Positions 18,921-29,260 are shown, counted from the stretch's first letter. The stretch is 64,000 bases of DNA from Spirochaetia bacterium (GCA_963677925.2 CAXXYH010000001.1:133879-197878), one strand, 5' to 3'. The notes: generated by a model not told the origin, from the sequence alone. Program-made: numbers and translations.

Positions 18921-19864
18921 AATTAGAGATTGATAATATATATTTTGAATATCCTGGATTTTCACTGTCGGCAGACATCAACATACCAGGCGGTGCTTTT
19001 CTTTCTATTTTAGGTCCATCCGGATGCGGGAAATCTACTCTGCTTCGGATGATCGGCGGATTTATTAAACCAGTCAAAGGGAGTATTACCTCCGGCGGCA
19101 TTGATATTACCCGTCTAAACCCTGAAAAAAGGAATTTCGGAATGGTTTTTCAGGATTATGCTCTTTTTCCTCATATGAATGTGGAAAAAAATATTGCCTA
19201 TGGATTGAAGATTCAAAAAAAGACTGCTGCAGAAATAAATTACAGGATAGATGAACTTCTTGAAGTTGTAAGATTGACCGGATACAGGCACCGCAGTATT
19301 CACGAATTATCCGGTGGCGAAAAGCAGAGGATTGCGCTGGCAAGAGCGCTTGCTCCAAATCCGCCGGTAATGCTGTTTGATGAACCGCTTAGTGCTCTTG
19401 ATGTAAAACTCAGGAAAGAATTACGGACAGAGATTAAACGTATTCAGAATGAAATTGGTTTTACTGCTGTTTATGTTACTCACGATCAAGAGGAGGCTCT
19501 TGCTGTGTCTGATTTAATTGCTGTTATGAACAGGGGCAGAATACTTCAGACAGGAACTCCGGAAGAAGTATATGAGAACCCTGAAGACAAGTTTACTGCA
19601 GGATTTCTTGGAGAGATGAATACTGTCAATCTGGATATCCACGGTGACACCCGTATAATTACTTTCCGTCCGGAAAATTGTGTCATTTTAGAGAACGCTG
19701 AATCTGAACCGGTTCTAAAGATCAGAATAGGAAATATTGAATACACAGGCGGTCGCTATAAGTGTATCGGTTACACAGAATCAAAAGAAGCTGTTATTTT
19801 TTACAGTCGGAAAAAATACAGTCTGAATGAGTCAGTTCATCTCGGTATTGAAAAATATAATTAG
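18917..19864 (+). CDS. thiQ: Thiamine ABC transporter ATP-binding protein
   Basis: GPSGCGKS, LSGGEKQR, LFDEP; coupled to thiP. Confidence 0.85.
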   Translation: MKLEIDNIYFEYPGFSLSADINIPGGAFLSILGPSGCGKSTLLRMIGGFIKPVKGSITSGGIDITRLNPEKRNFGMVFQDYALFPHMNVEKNIAYGLKIQKKTAAEINYRIDELLEVVRLTGYRHRSIHELSGGEKQRIALARALAPNPPVMLFDEPLSALDVKLRKELRTEIKRIQNEIGFTAVYVTHDQEEALAVSDLIAVMNRGRILQTGTPEEVYENPEDKFTAGFLGEMNTVNLDIHGDTRIITFRPENCVILENAESEPVLKIRIGNIEYTGGRYKCIGYTESKEAVIFYSRKKYSLNESVHLGIEKYN

Positions 19865-19873
19865 AAACAGTAT

Positions 19874-20275
19874 CTACTGTTCCCGCACGCTGCGGGCGGC
19901 TTTTTCAGCATCATCCTTGGTATCATATACTGAAAGGTAGGAACCAAATACCCAGCCCTGAAGACCGTCATAGGTTATCTGGTACCAGTAATCTTCCTGA
20001 TTTTCAATAAAGACCCTTGTCGGGCCTCTTGATATGATTTCAAGAACATATCCGCGCCAAAGAGTTGTAACGACTCTTGCATTTTCTTCAGGTCTTTCAC
20101 GCAGCCTGAGATAGGAAGAATCAATAACTGCCCAGCTGCTAGATTCAGAAATAAGCGGGGCCGGCGGAAGGTAAATATCTCCAATCACTTCCTCTTTTTC
20201 TTTGCATCCGGTTAATGAAAAAGGTACAATAAAAACAGTGATCATCATAATGTAAAAAAATCGAAGTTTTTTCAT
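19874..20275 (-). CDS. SH3b-domain lipoprotein
   Basis: Lipobox LTGC; LRLRERP..WYQITYDGLQGWVFGSYL. Confidence 0.85.
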   Translation of the reverse strand: MKKLRFFYIMMITVFIVPFSLTGCKEKEEVIGDIYLPPAPLISESSSWAVIDSSYLRLRERPEENARVVTTLWRGYVLEIISRGPTRVFIENQEDYWYQITYDGLQGWVFGSYLSVYDTKDDAEKAARSVREQ

Positions 20276-20316
20276 AAAGCCTTTGAAAATCCGCCTATTA
20301 GAAGTAAATTAAAGTA

Positions 20317-20853
20317 ATGAAGAAACTCATCATAACATTTTTTCTTCTTTTATGCATCGGTTTCAAAGTCTTTTCTATTGACGATTTTTTCACCGGGTCC
20401 CTTTCCGCAGCGGGCGGTGTTCATATAAGTTCTGTATCTGATTTTTACCCGAAACCTCAGCTTGAGGGAGAAATTTCCGCTGCAGGTCTGATTATGTTCA
20501 GCCCGCAGTTTGGCGCAGGGTTTTCGGTTTCAGGTTTATACACAGGAAGTTCTGGAATGGGCGGCGGATGGAGTTATCCGGGATTCAGCGGACTTGAAGG
20601 CGGACTTGAGTTTCTGTACAATTTTGAAACTCCTGTATCACTCTCTTTAGCACTGGATCTTTCGGCCGGATTTTATAAATACAATCTGACACCTAATTAC
20701 TTTTTTATGCCGTCAGTTAAGCTGATACCCGGATGGACTGTTTATCAGTCAGAATCCATTAAACTGGATGCCATTCTTCCGCTTAAATATTATATCAGGA
20801 CCGATGGAATCTTGTTTTTATCAGTTAATGCAGGCCTGAGGATTAGAATATGA
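20317..20853 (+). CDS. Small predicted outer-membrane beta-barrel protein
   Basis: Signal peptide, roughly eight amphipathic strands, C-terminal SVNAGLRIRI. Confidence 0.5.
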   Translation: MKKLIITFFLLLCIGFKVFSIDDFFTGSLSAAGGVHISSVSDFYPKPQLEGEISAAGLIMFSPQFGAGFSVSGLYTGSSGMGGGWSYPGFSGLEGGLEFLYNFETPVSLSLALDLSAGFYKYNLTPNYFFMPSVKLIPGWTVYQSESIKLDAILPLKYYIRTDGILFLSVNAGLRIRI

Positions 20854-21728
20854 AAAGAAAAATATCTGCAGAACGAATTTTTATTCTGATAACAACCGCA
20901 ATCCTCAGTTTCACACTTTCCTGTTCGGAACCTGACCCGGCAGAAACATATGCACTGGTATATGGACTGGCTGATTATCTTTATATTTCAGACTTAAATC
21001 TTACAGATGATGATGCAGAGGCTGTTGCGGATCTGCTTGAGGCAAAAGGCTGGGATGTAACTTTACGTCTTTCATCTGAAGCTACTCTCGCTCAGATAGA
21101 AGCTGATATTTCTGAGCTTTCTGCTGTCATGGATGATAATGACAGACTTCTGTTCTATTACTCAGGACACGGAGTATCCTATAATGATAATTACTGGATT
21201 TTCCCGTATGACGGAAATACTGCAGATTTATATAGTACCTCTATAAATACCAGTATTCTTAAAGCTATGATTGAATCGTCCGGGGCCGGATTGATGACCG
21301 TGATTCTGGACAGCTGCAATTCAGGCGGATTTGTAGACAGCAATATCACTGTGGATACAGTTGCTGATAATTATTTTAAATCCTACAGCAGCGGAATTTC
21401 TGCTGTAAATGAGAGTTTTTCCCTGTATCTTTCAGTTTCAGATGCTGATCAGAAATATACAGTGCTTTCTGCAGCCGGTGCCGGAGAGGAATCTTATGAA
21501 ACCAGTACAATCGGTCATGGTGTCTTTACTTATTTTCTGCTGCAGACACCTTCATATGCAGATTATAACAGGGATGGATACATAACCCTGACAGAAGCCT
21601 TCTATTACACAGCTTATTATATTGATACTTACTGGAATGATGATGAATATGAAGGTGAAAATGATTTAGATTACTACCCCCATGTCTCAGCTTTTCCTGT
21701 AGATCCCTTGCTTTTTGAAGCTGATTAG
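20850..21728 (+). CDS. Caspase-family (C14) peptidase lipoprotein
   Basis: Lipobox TLSC; YALVYG, YYSGHG (His), ILDSCNSGG (Cys), HGVFTYFLL; EF-hand-like DYNRDGYITLTE. Confidence 0.9.
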   Translation: MKRKISAERIFILITTAILSFTLSCSEPDPAETYALVYGLADYLYISDLNLTDDDAEAVADLLEAKGWDVTLRLSSEATLAQIEADISELSAVMDDNDRLLFYYSGHGVSYNDNYWIFPYDGNTADLYSTSINTSILKAMIESSGAGLMTVILDSCNSGGFVDSNITVDTVADNYFKSYSSGISAVNESFSLYLSVSDADQKYTVLSAAGAGEESYETSTIGHGVFTYFLLQTPSYADYNRDGYITLTEAFYYTAYYIDTYWNDDEYEGENDLDYYPHVSAFPVDPLLFEAD

Positions 21729-22287
21729 TTCATATTTAAGCAGGAGAAAACTGAACAGAATGATGAAATTGTTTAGAGGGGTTACCCGGACTGATTCATT
21801 TCTTTTTAACAGGATTTATGGGTTATCCGGTCATAAATTCCTGGATCACTTCTTTTATATTGTTTCACGAATCGGAGACGGTTGGGTTTACGCCGGATTA
21901 ATAATCCTATATATAATCTTTAAAACATCTGAAGCTCTGAGAATCCTTCCCGCTTTTGTCACAGCATTTGTTGTTGAAGGGAGCATTTATTTTCTGGTTA
22001 AGAAAAATGTTAAGAGAATCAGACCCTTTGTTAAATTTGATGATGTAGATTCCCTTATAATGCCGCCTGATGAGTTCAGCTTTCCCTCCGGTCACACTGC
22101 AGCCGCTGCCGTATTCTCAACCTTTGCACTGTATATATTTCCCTGGCTTAGTCCGGCTGGAATTATTTACGTTGGTCTTATAGGTTTTTCCAGAATTTAC
22201 AACGGTGTTCACTATCCAGGTGATGTTCTGGCCGGTGCTGCGCTTGGGACAGTGATTTCAAAAATGAGTATTGCAGTTTTTTATTAA
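21715..22287 (+). CDS. PAP2-family membrane phosphatase
   Basis: KKNVKRIRP, FPSGH, SRIYNGVHYPGD motifs. Start codon uncertain. Confidence 0.9.
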   Translation: MKLISSYLSRRKLNRMMKLFRGVTRTDSFLFNRIYGLSGHKFLDHFFYIVSRIGDGWVYAGLIILYIIFKTSEALRILPAFVTAFVVEGSIYFLVKKNVKRIRPFVKFDDVDSLIMPPDEFSFPSGHTAAAAVFSTFALYIFPWLSPAGIIYVGLIGFSRIYNGVHYPGDVLAGAALGTVISKMSIAVFY

Positions 22288-22296
22288 TTCAATTTA

Positions 22297-24285
22297 TTAA
22301 TCGCCAAGCTGTTTCAGCTTTTCAATCTCATCCCTGACAAAGGCCGCTTTTTCAAACTCCAGATTTTTGGCAAGTTCAAACATCTCTTTTTCAAGGGCCT
22401 TGATGAAAGCCTTTCTTTCCTTGACTATCATTACATTGAAATTATCGCGCATGATATCAATGCTGATTTTTTCATCCTTCTGCTTTTCTTCCCGTTTTCT
22501 GGTAAGTATATCCTGAACCGCTTTCTTGATAGTTGTCGGTGTAATTCCATGTTCTTCGTTGTATGCCTGCTGAATGGCACGCCTCCGCTCGGTTTCTCCG
22601 ATTGCCTCACGCATCGCGTCCGATTCCCGGTCGGCATACATAATAACCTGACCGGCGGCGTTTCTTGCAGCCCTTCCGATTGTCTGGATAAGTGAAGTTG
22701 CAGACCTGAGAAAACCTATTTTATCGGCATCAAGTATAGCAATCAGAGATACTTCCGGTAAATCAAGGCCTTCTCTTAGCAGGTTGATTCCAATAATTAC
22801 ATCGATAGTTCCAATACGTAGTTCCTTGAGAATTTCAACACGTTCAATGGTTTCAATCTCTGAATGAAGATATCTAACCTTGATCCCCAGATTTGAGAGA
22901 TAGTCTGTAAGATCCTCGGACATCTTCTTGGTAAGAGTCGTAACGAGTACCCTTTCTTTTCGTTCTATTCTGATCTTTATTTCAGAGAAAAGATCCTCAA
23001 TCTGGCCCTGTGTAGGTCTTACCTCAATCTCAGGATCGAGAAGTCCTGTGGGCCTGATCACCTGCTCGGCAATATTCTCGGATCTGTCTATTTCCTTCTT
23101 ACCTGGTGTAGCTGAAACATAGATTACTCTGTCAGTGAGTGCTTCAAATTCCGCTATATACAGCGGCCGGTTATCCAGTGCTGACGGCAGTCTGAAGCCG
23201 AAGTTAACCAGATTCATTTTTCTTGAGCGATCTCCCTCATACATACCGCCTATCTGCGGAAGCGTTACATGAGATTCATCTATAAAGGTCAGAAAATTAT
23301 CCGGGAAATAGTCAATTAAAACCGCCGGCCGTTCACCTTCCTTGCGGCCGGACAGAGGTCTAGAATAATTTTCTATACCGGAGCAGTATCCAAGTTCTTC
23401 AAGCATCTCAATATCATATTCAGTCCGGCTCTTAATGCGCTGGGCTTCTACCAGTTTATTTTCCCTCATGAGTTCGTTGTAACGCTCTTCGAGTTCAGCC
23501 CTGATATTATCAATTGCAGGTTTCATCTGGTCTTCGGGCATAACAAAGTGTTTAGCCGGATAAATCGTACAGCGGTCAAGTTCTTCAAGAACTTCTCCGG
23601 TAACTGCATGAGTCATTGTTATTCTTGAAACAGTATCCCACTCCAGCTCAATGCGGTAAACGGCTTTCATGTAGGCTGGATATATTTCCATCACATCGCC
23701 GCGTATGCGGAAACAGCCCCGCTTAAGAACATCGTTATTTCGATCATATTGAAGTGAAATCAGTTCCCTGCTTATTTTGTCAAATCCGGTTTCATCTCCC
23801 TTGTGAACAGAGACTCTCATACCTTTGAAAGCTTCGGGGTTTCCAAGGCCGTAAATGCAGGAAACCGTTGCTATTACTATTACATCCTTCCGCTCAATAA
23901 GTGATGATGTGGCAGATAGCCGCATTCGGTCTATTTCCTGGTTGATGTCCGAATCTTTTTCAATATACAGGTCTTTTGAAGGTACATAAGCTTCAGGCTG
24001 GTAATAATCGTAGTAGGATACAAAGTATTCGACTGCATTATCAGGGAAGAAATCAAGAAACTCACGGTACAGCTGAGCCGCAAGTGTTTTATTATGACTT
24101 AAAATAAGGGTCGGAAGCTGTACTTCCTGAATAATACTGGCCATAGTAAATGTCTTGCCGGAACCTGTTACACCCTTGAGTGTCTGAAGTTTTTTTCCGC
24201 TGCGGATACCGTCAGCCAGGCTTTTGATTGCCTGCTCCTGGTCGCCGGCAGGACTGAAATCGGCTTTTACTTTAAATTCATTCAT
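22297..24285 (-). CDS. uvrB: Excinuclease ABC subunit B
   Basis: [47 protein letters not shown]; C-terminal UVR motif LEFEKAA..RD. Confidence 0.98.
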   Translation of the reverse strand: MNEFKVKADFSPAGDQEQAIKSLADGIRSGKKLQTLKGVTGSGKTFTMASIIQEVQLPTLILSHNKTLAAQLYREFLDFFPDNAVEYFVSYYDYYQPEAYVPSKDLYIEKDSDINQEIDRMRLSATSSLIERKDVIVIATVSCIYGLGNPEAFKGMRVSVHKGDETGFDKISRELISLQYDRNNDVLKRGCFRIRGDVMEIYPAYMKAVYRIELEWDTVSRITMTHAVTGEVLEELDRCTIYPAKHFVMPEDQMKPAIDNIRAELEERYNELMRENKLVEAQRIKSRTEYDIEMLEELGYCSGIENYSRPLSGRKEGERPAVLIDYFPDNFLTFIDESHVTLPQIGGMYEGDRSRKMNLVNFGFRLPSALDNRPLYIAEFEALTDRVIYVSATPGKKEIDRSENIAEQVIRPTGLLDPEIEVRPTQGQIEDLFSEIKIRIERKERVLVTTLTKKMSEDLTDYLSNLGIKVRYLHSEIETIERVEILKELRIGTIDVIIGINLLREGLDLPEVSLIAILDADKIGFLRSATSLIQTIGRAARNAAGQVIMYADRESDAMREAIGETERRRAIQQAYNEEHGITPTTIKKAVQDILTRKREEKQKDEKISIDIMRDNFNVMIVKERKAFIKALEKEMFELAKNLEFEKAAFVRDEIEKLKQLGD

Positions 24286-24288
24286 AAT

Positions 24289-25512
24289 TTAATCCCAGGA
24301 AAGGCCTTCTGAGCGGTCTGAAAGTTCCACCTGAATGGTTTTCTTCTGTTTCTTTCTTACAACCACAATATCAATTAATTCACCGGGCTTATTATCTTCA
24401 AGTGCAGTAAACATGTCCGCAATGGATTCAGTCTTAAAACCGTCAATCTCAACAATAATATCACCGCCCAGATAGATAGTATCACGGCCGTAGCGGACAG
24501 GTCGTGAAGTGTCGCCTCCGTTAATACCTGCCCTGTCTGCATTACCGTTTTTCTCTACTTCTGATACAAGGAGCCCCTTGTCGACTGACAGTTCGGCATA
24601 GCGGACAATATTTCGATCAAGCTGAATTGGAACGATGCTTATCCAGCCTCGTTTAACTTCACCATAATTAATGAGTTCCGGGACAACCCGTATAGCCGAA
24701 TCAACTGGAACAGCAAAACCAATTCCGACTGAGCCACCGGTGGGACTGTAGATCATCGTATTTATGCCTATCATCCTGCCAGTAGAGTCAATTAAAGGTC
24801 CTCCCGAATTTCCGGGATTAATAGAAGCGTCGGTCTGAATCATTCCCTGAATAACTAGTCCGTTATTGGTTTTGACAGGTCTCCCCAGACCGGAAACGAT
24901 ACCTGTAGTGAGTGTCCGGTCATAGCCGTAGGGGTTGCCGATAGCCAGGACTTTCTGGCCTACCCTCAAATCATCAGATCGGCCGAAGGGTATGGTAACA
25001 AGTTCCTTGCTGTCAGGATCAAATTTGACTATTGCAAGATCATTCTCACGGTCTCTGCCTATAACCTCACCTTCAAAATGGCTTCCGTCATAAAGGGTTA
25101 TGTATACCTTGTAGGCATTTTCAACGACGTGAAAATTTGTCAGTACATATCCGCGTTTATCTATAATTGAACCGGAGCCGGTACCGCCTTCCATTGGTAC
25201 CGGTTCAAGAAAAAGGTTGATTCCGAGTGTTTCCGTTGAAATATTGACAACGCCCTCATTAAGTCTTTCATAGACTTTAATATTGATAAGTTCATCATCA
25301 CAGTATTTTTCATACTCTGATACAGGAAGGATGTTATTGTCGGCAATTACATTAGTCTGAAGTTCAAAAACGGTTTCTGTTTCCGGAACTTTTTCCACAG
25401 CAACAGGCTTTTCGCTGCGGTTAAAAAAACCGAAGCCGAACAGAAGAAAAAATACAAGTAAGCAGGCAGACAGAGTTATCAGAAGAACCTGTCCGCGACT
25501 GTAAAGTTTCAT
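24289..25512 (-). CDS. htrA: HtrA/DegP-family serine protease with one PDZ domain
   Basis: TM anchor; TNFHVV, DLAIVK, QTDASINPGNSGGPL; C-terminal PDZ (GGDIIVEIDG). Confidence 0.92.
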   Translation of the reverse strand: MKLYSRGQVLLITLSACLLVFFLLFGFGFFNRSEKPVAVEKVPETETVFELQTNVIADNNILPVSEYEKYCDDELINIKVYERLNEGVVNISTETLGINLFLEPVPMEGGTGSGSIIDKRGYVLTNFHVVENAYKVYITLYDGSHFEGEVIGRDRENDLAIVKFDPDSKELVTIPFGRSDDLRVGQKVLAIGNPYGYDRTLTTGIVSGLGRPVKTNNGLVIQGMIQTDASINPGNSGGPLIDSTGRMIGINTMIYSPTGGSVGIGFAVPVDSAIRVVPELINYGEVKRGWISIVPIQLDRNIVRYAELSVDKGLLVSEVEKNGNADRAGINGGDTSRPVRYGRDTIYLGGDIIVEIDGFKTESIADMFTALEDNKPGELIDIVVVRKKQKKTIQVELSDRSEGLSWD

Positions 25513-25601
25513 TAACCGCCTCCGTTTCTAAATATAACTTATAGTATCAAAAATCAACAGGCTGTAGACAGAATTTCTTTTTGAATTCAGGGTATTTTCA
25601 C

Positions 25602-25645
25602 TTGCATTATAATGTTATAACATTCTATAATGTTATAACATTATA
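25602..25645 (+). promoter_or_regulatory. Sigma70 promoter overlapped by tandem palindromic operators AATGTTATAACATT
   Basis: TTGCAT (25602-07), 18-nt spacer, TATAAT (25626-31). Perfect 14-bp palindromes at 25611-24 and 25629-42. Confidence 0.75.
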
Positions 25646-25672
25646 ACCTATTGTTATGTTTGGAGATCTAAT

Positions 25673-26671
25673 ATGATTAAAGCAAATTATGAATCTGATG
25701 CAGGTAAGAGAAAATTTACTTCGCATGAGGAACTGGGTACTATCCCGCACATGACCTTTGAAGAGTATTCAGAAAAACTGAAACACTGCTTCATAATGAA
25801 GAGAGAAAACGGAATTCTTGAAGCAAGACTTCATACTGACGGTGATTCAATGAGATGGGGAGCACCTGCTCACCAGGCACTTCACTACTTTTTTGACTGG
25901 GCCGGACGTGATCCCGACAATGAGGTAATCATCCTCGGCGGAACAGGGAAAGATTTCATAAAATCAATGGGACGTCCTGATCCGAATGACTCAAGTAAAG
26001 ATCCTGAAGCAACTGAGTTCAGCTCAAAGGAATCTGAAGCATGGAAGATGTATGAATACCAGTACTATGATGGCATAAACGACATCGAAGGCCAGATTTT
26101 TGATGTTGAAGTACCTACTATCGGAGTCTGGAACGGTGCCGCCTTCCATACTGATCTGGTTCTTTATAATGACATCACTCTGTGTACAGAAGATGCATGG
26201 ACAACTGAAATGCACTTCCGCGTAAACATGGTTCCCGGCGACGGCATCCAGTTTGCATGGAGAGAACTCATGGGGTACAAGAGATTTGCTTATGCTGAGC
26301 TTACCGGTGAGATTATTACAGCACGAAAAGCACTTGCACTTGGTATGGTTAACGAAATATGTGCCGACACAGAAGCATGCTACAAGAGAGCATGGGAAAT
26401 TGCTGAACTTATCATGAGAACCGGTTCCCGTGTCACAAGAAGGATTACTACCCAGCAGATTAGAGCACCCTGGAAGCAGATTATTGCAACTGAAGCAAGA
26501 AATGCTTTCTCTACAGAGATGTTCGTGACTGCAACAGAGCACTCTCCCCATGATAACTATTTCTGGGACTGGGCCAAGGAAGAAGCAGAACTTGTTAAGG
26601 AAGCTGAGAAACAGGGCAAGGTCGTCAGACCTAGAGTAGGCGGCGGACAGTTCGAAGACGAAATCAAATAA
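25673..26671 (+). CDS. Crotonase-superfamily protein, 6-oxocamphor/beta-diketone hydrolase-like
   Basis: RENGILEARLHT.GDS.RW..PAHQAL..DPDNEVIILGGTG; MHF..MVPGDG; ITARKALALGMVNEI. Confidence 0.8.
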   Translation: MIKANYESDAGKRKFTSHEELGTIPHMTFEEYSEKLKHCFIMKRENGILEARLHTDGDSMRWGAPAHQALHYFFDWAGRDPDNEVIILGGTGKDFIKSMGRPDPNDSSKDPEATEFSSKESEAWKMYEYQYYDGINDIEGQIFDVEVPTIGVWNGAAFHTDLVLYNDITLCTEDAWTTEMHFRVNMVPGDGIQFAWRELMGYKRFAYAELTGEIITARKALALGMVNEICADTEACYKRAWEIAELIMRTGSRVTRRITTQQIRAPWKQIIATEARNAFSTEMFVTATEHSPHDNYFWDWAKEEAELVKEAEKQGKVVRPRVGGGQFEDEIK

Positions 26672-26714
26672 CAGAGTAAGCCAAAAGCTTGACTCCGTTC
26701 ATTCCTTTTTACTT

Positions 26715-26753
26715 TACCCCGTCCAACTGATTCTGGACGGGGTATTCTTTTTT
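26715..26753 (+). terminator. Intrinsic terminator
   Basis: 11-bp stem TACCCCGTCCA / TGGACGGGGTA followed by TTCTTTTTT. Confidence 0.85.
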
Positions 26754-26777
26754 ACGTTCTTTGGCAGAATAAAAGAT

Positions 26778-27506
26778 TTATTCGATGATCTCCGCGGTTA
26801 TATTTTTCAGGTAGAAAACTTCATAATGATCATATTGATCGATATTTGTAGAACAGAATCTCAACCCGGAAAAATATAAAGATGATTCATTATAATCTCT
26901 TAAATCCACCGATCCTGATAATGTTTTATAACCTTCATATCCTGGAATCGTGCTGATGGTTCGACTGTAAAGATTCATCGTTGTCTGTGCTGATGAGATG
27001 CCGGAGTTTCCGTTAGAAAAAACAGCACAGAGGTTCCAGTCGTCCTCAAACATATAATTTTGTTTTAGAATCACATTTATTATGATTTTGTGACCCGATA
27101 AACTGGAAATATCAGTATAGTCCTTAAGAAGCAAATAACTTTCAAACCGCTCCTTATAATAACCGTAAATATAATCTGTACCCGTAGAAATATTTTTAAA
27201 TTCAGATTTTATTCCGGTTTTATTAAATTCTTCAGCAATATACATTCTTACACCAAGGATTTTCTCTCCCGGGTACCAATAAGCACCATCTTTAATCTTT
27301 ATGATAGTGGAAAAGTAGTTTTCGTGTTCCTGAATCCCCTCAAAAAGCGATTTATATGAGCGGGCATACATAGGAATTGAGTCTTCCGGATATGAATTAG
27401 AATCATAAATAGTAATTAATTCTGAGTCTGAGGCTTGAGAAAAGGCTGCTGATATACTAAATAAAGATAATGTTAAAAAGGTCAAATATACTTTTAAGAT
27501 ATGCAT
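26778..27506 (-). CDS. Hypothetical exported protein
   Basis: 242-aa AT-rich ORF with signal peptide (AFS|Q); no family recognised. Confidence 0.6.
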   Translation of the reverse strand: MHILKVYLTFLTLSLFSISAAFSQASDSELITIYDSNSYPEDSIPMYARSYKSLFEGIQEHENYFSTIIKIKDGAYWYPGEKILGVRMYIAEEFNKTGIKSEFKNISTGTDYIYGYYKERFESYLLLKDYTDISSLSGHKIIINVILKQNYMFEDDWNLCAVFSNGNSGISSAQTTMNLYSRTISTIPGYEGYKTLSGSVDLRDYNESSLYFSGLRFCSTNIDQYDHYEVFYLKNITAEIIE

Positions 27507-27601
27507 AATAAGCTCCGCTGATGATGATATAAATATCAGATTAGCATTTTAAGTATCATAATTCTACCTTAGTATAAGCCTATAATTTTATGCTTTTTTG
27601 T

Positions 27602-29146
27602 TCATACTTTATCCCAGAAAAAATCCCGTTCACCGTATCGGCGATGCTGAATAGCTTCGAAAACATCATCTGTAGTTACATGACCTTCCCTGCCGGCAAG
27701 ATCTGCAATAGTACGTGATGTTTTAAGTACGGAAACACAGGCTCTTGATGACAGCCCAAGAAGTCTTGAAGCGTTCAGGAATTCAGCTTCCGCCTCCTGC
27801 TCCAGCCTGCAGTAGGTTCGTATACCTGACGGAGCGATTCGAGCATTACGTTTATAGTTTTCACCGGTAAAACGCTTCATCTGAATCCTTACAGCTCGCT
27901 CTATTTTCTCAGTTACATCATTGCTGTTTTCCTTATTTTCGCTTGTTAGTTCAGCGGGATCAACTGGTTCAACAGGGACTCTTATGTCAATTCTGTCCAT
28001 CATTGCACCGCCTATCTTCTTCCAGTAATTCATTACTTCCTTTTTACTGCATGTGCATATGCCATCCTGCTTTCCAAGGTTTCCGCAGGGACAGGGATTA
28101 GCCGCCATTACAAGCTGAAAATCAGCCGGGAAGGATATAACCTTGCCTGCACGTACAAGATCGACATGTCCTTCTTCTGATGGTTCACGCAGGGACTGCA
28201 GCAGGTTCTTGCGGAATTCGGGTGTTTCATCCAGAAAGAGAACTCCATGATGTGCCAGAGAAACCTCACCGGGCTTTATCCCACGGCCGCCTCCGATTAG
28301 GCCTTCCTCGGAGGCTGAATGGTGGGGTTCGCGGAATGGGGCCTGCCGCATAAGTCCGGCTTCAGCTGGAAGAAGCCCCGCGGTAGAATAAATCTTGGTT
28401 ACCTCTATTGCTTCCTCACTGCTTAATTCAGGAAGAATGCCGGCAAGGCTTCGGGCCGCCATGGTCTTGCCCCCGCCGGGAGGTCCAAAAAGAAACAGAT
28501 TATGCCTTCCGGCAGCCGCTATCTCAAGAGCTCTTTTTACTACCGGAAGCCCGCGAATGTCTGCAAAATCAACAATACGGTTTTCACCTGCTCTATATTT
28601 ATCTCCTTCAGATTCCGGAGTAATAGAACGTTTTCCGTCAGTGATGTTATTAAAAAGATTTTGAAGAGCATTTAAAGTCGATATTCCGAAGACAGAGCCT
28701 CCCTCCAGAGATGAGCCCTCAGCGGTATTCGCAGAAGGAACAACGATAGTTTTTATTCCTTTGCTATAGGCAGCTGATACGGCAGACAGAACCCCGTTTA
28801 CCGGTCTGATTTCACCCGACAGCATCAGCTCTCCCATTATCAGTATTTCGGTATCAGGTATGTTTTTAATTCCTCCTGATGCTGTCAGTATCCCTGCAGC
28901 AAGAGCCAGATCAAATGAGGCTCCTTCTTTCCTTAATCCCGCAGGGGCCAGGTTAATAAGCACTCGTTCCCTTGGGAATTCAAACCCGCTGTTGCGTATA
29001 GCCGCTCTTATTCTGTCCCTTGATTCGAGCACAGCACTGTCAGGAAGTCCGATAATATCTACACCCGGAATCCCACGTCGCAAATCAACCTCAATTCTTA
29101 CAAGACTTCCGTCATAGCCGTCGGCAGAAAAACTCCAAATGGTCAT
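27602..29146 (-). CDS. comM: ComM/YifB Mg-chelatase-like AAA+ ATPase
   Basis: IIGLPD..ESRDR, INLAPA..KEG..FDL, GPPGGGKT, PFREPHHSAS, PGEVSLAHHGVLFLDE, NPCPCG. Confidence 0.92.
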   Translation of the reverse strand: MTIWSFSADGYDGSLVRIEVDLRRGIPGVDIIGLPDSAVLESRDRIRAAIRNSGFEFPRERVLINLAPAGLRKEGASFDLALAAGILTASGGIKNIPDTEILIMGELMLSGEIRPVNGVLSAVSAAYSKGIKTIVVPSANTAEGSSLEGGSVFGISTLNALQNLFNNITDGKRSITPESEGDKYRAGENRIVDFADIRGLPVVKRALEIAAAGRHNLFLFGPPGGGKTMAARSLAGILPELSSEEAIEVTKIYSTAGLLPAEAGLMRQAPFREPHHSASEEGLIGGGRGIKPGEVSLAHHGVLFLDETPEFRKNLLQSLREPSEEGHVDLVRAGKVISFPADFQLVMAANPCPCGNLGKQDGICTCSKKEVMNYWKKIGGAMMDRIDIRVPVEPVDPAELTSENKENSNDVTEKIERAVRIQMKRFTGENYKRNARIAPSGIRTYCRLEQEAEAEFLNASRLLGLSSRACVSVLKTSRTIADLAGREGHVTTDDVFEAIQHRRYGERDFFWDKV

Positions 29147-29260
29147 AAACCCCTCCGGTTATATAAAACGGATTTTTTGTAAATTGATTGATTGCAGAAT
29201 AACTTTTTACAGTTTGTTAAACAGATAAAAAATGATATATGATATTATACTGAAATTATT

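Noticed and set aside
20850-21728. Caspase as part of a gasdermin or CRISPR-linked cell-death system
   Set aside because: It has a lipoprotein signal, and no gasdermin, NACHT or cas neighbour is visible.
25602-25650. Repeat as a mini-CRISPR
   Set aside because: Only two adjacent 17-bp copies with no spacer and no cas genes; it overlaps a promoter.
27602-29146. comM as an insertion hotspot for mobile elements
   Set aside because: The gene is intact and full length, with no recombinase nearby.
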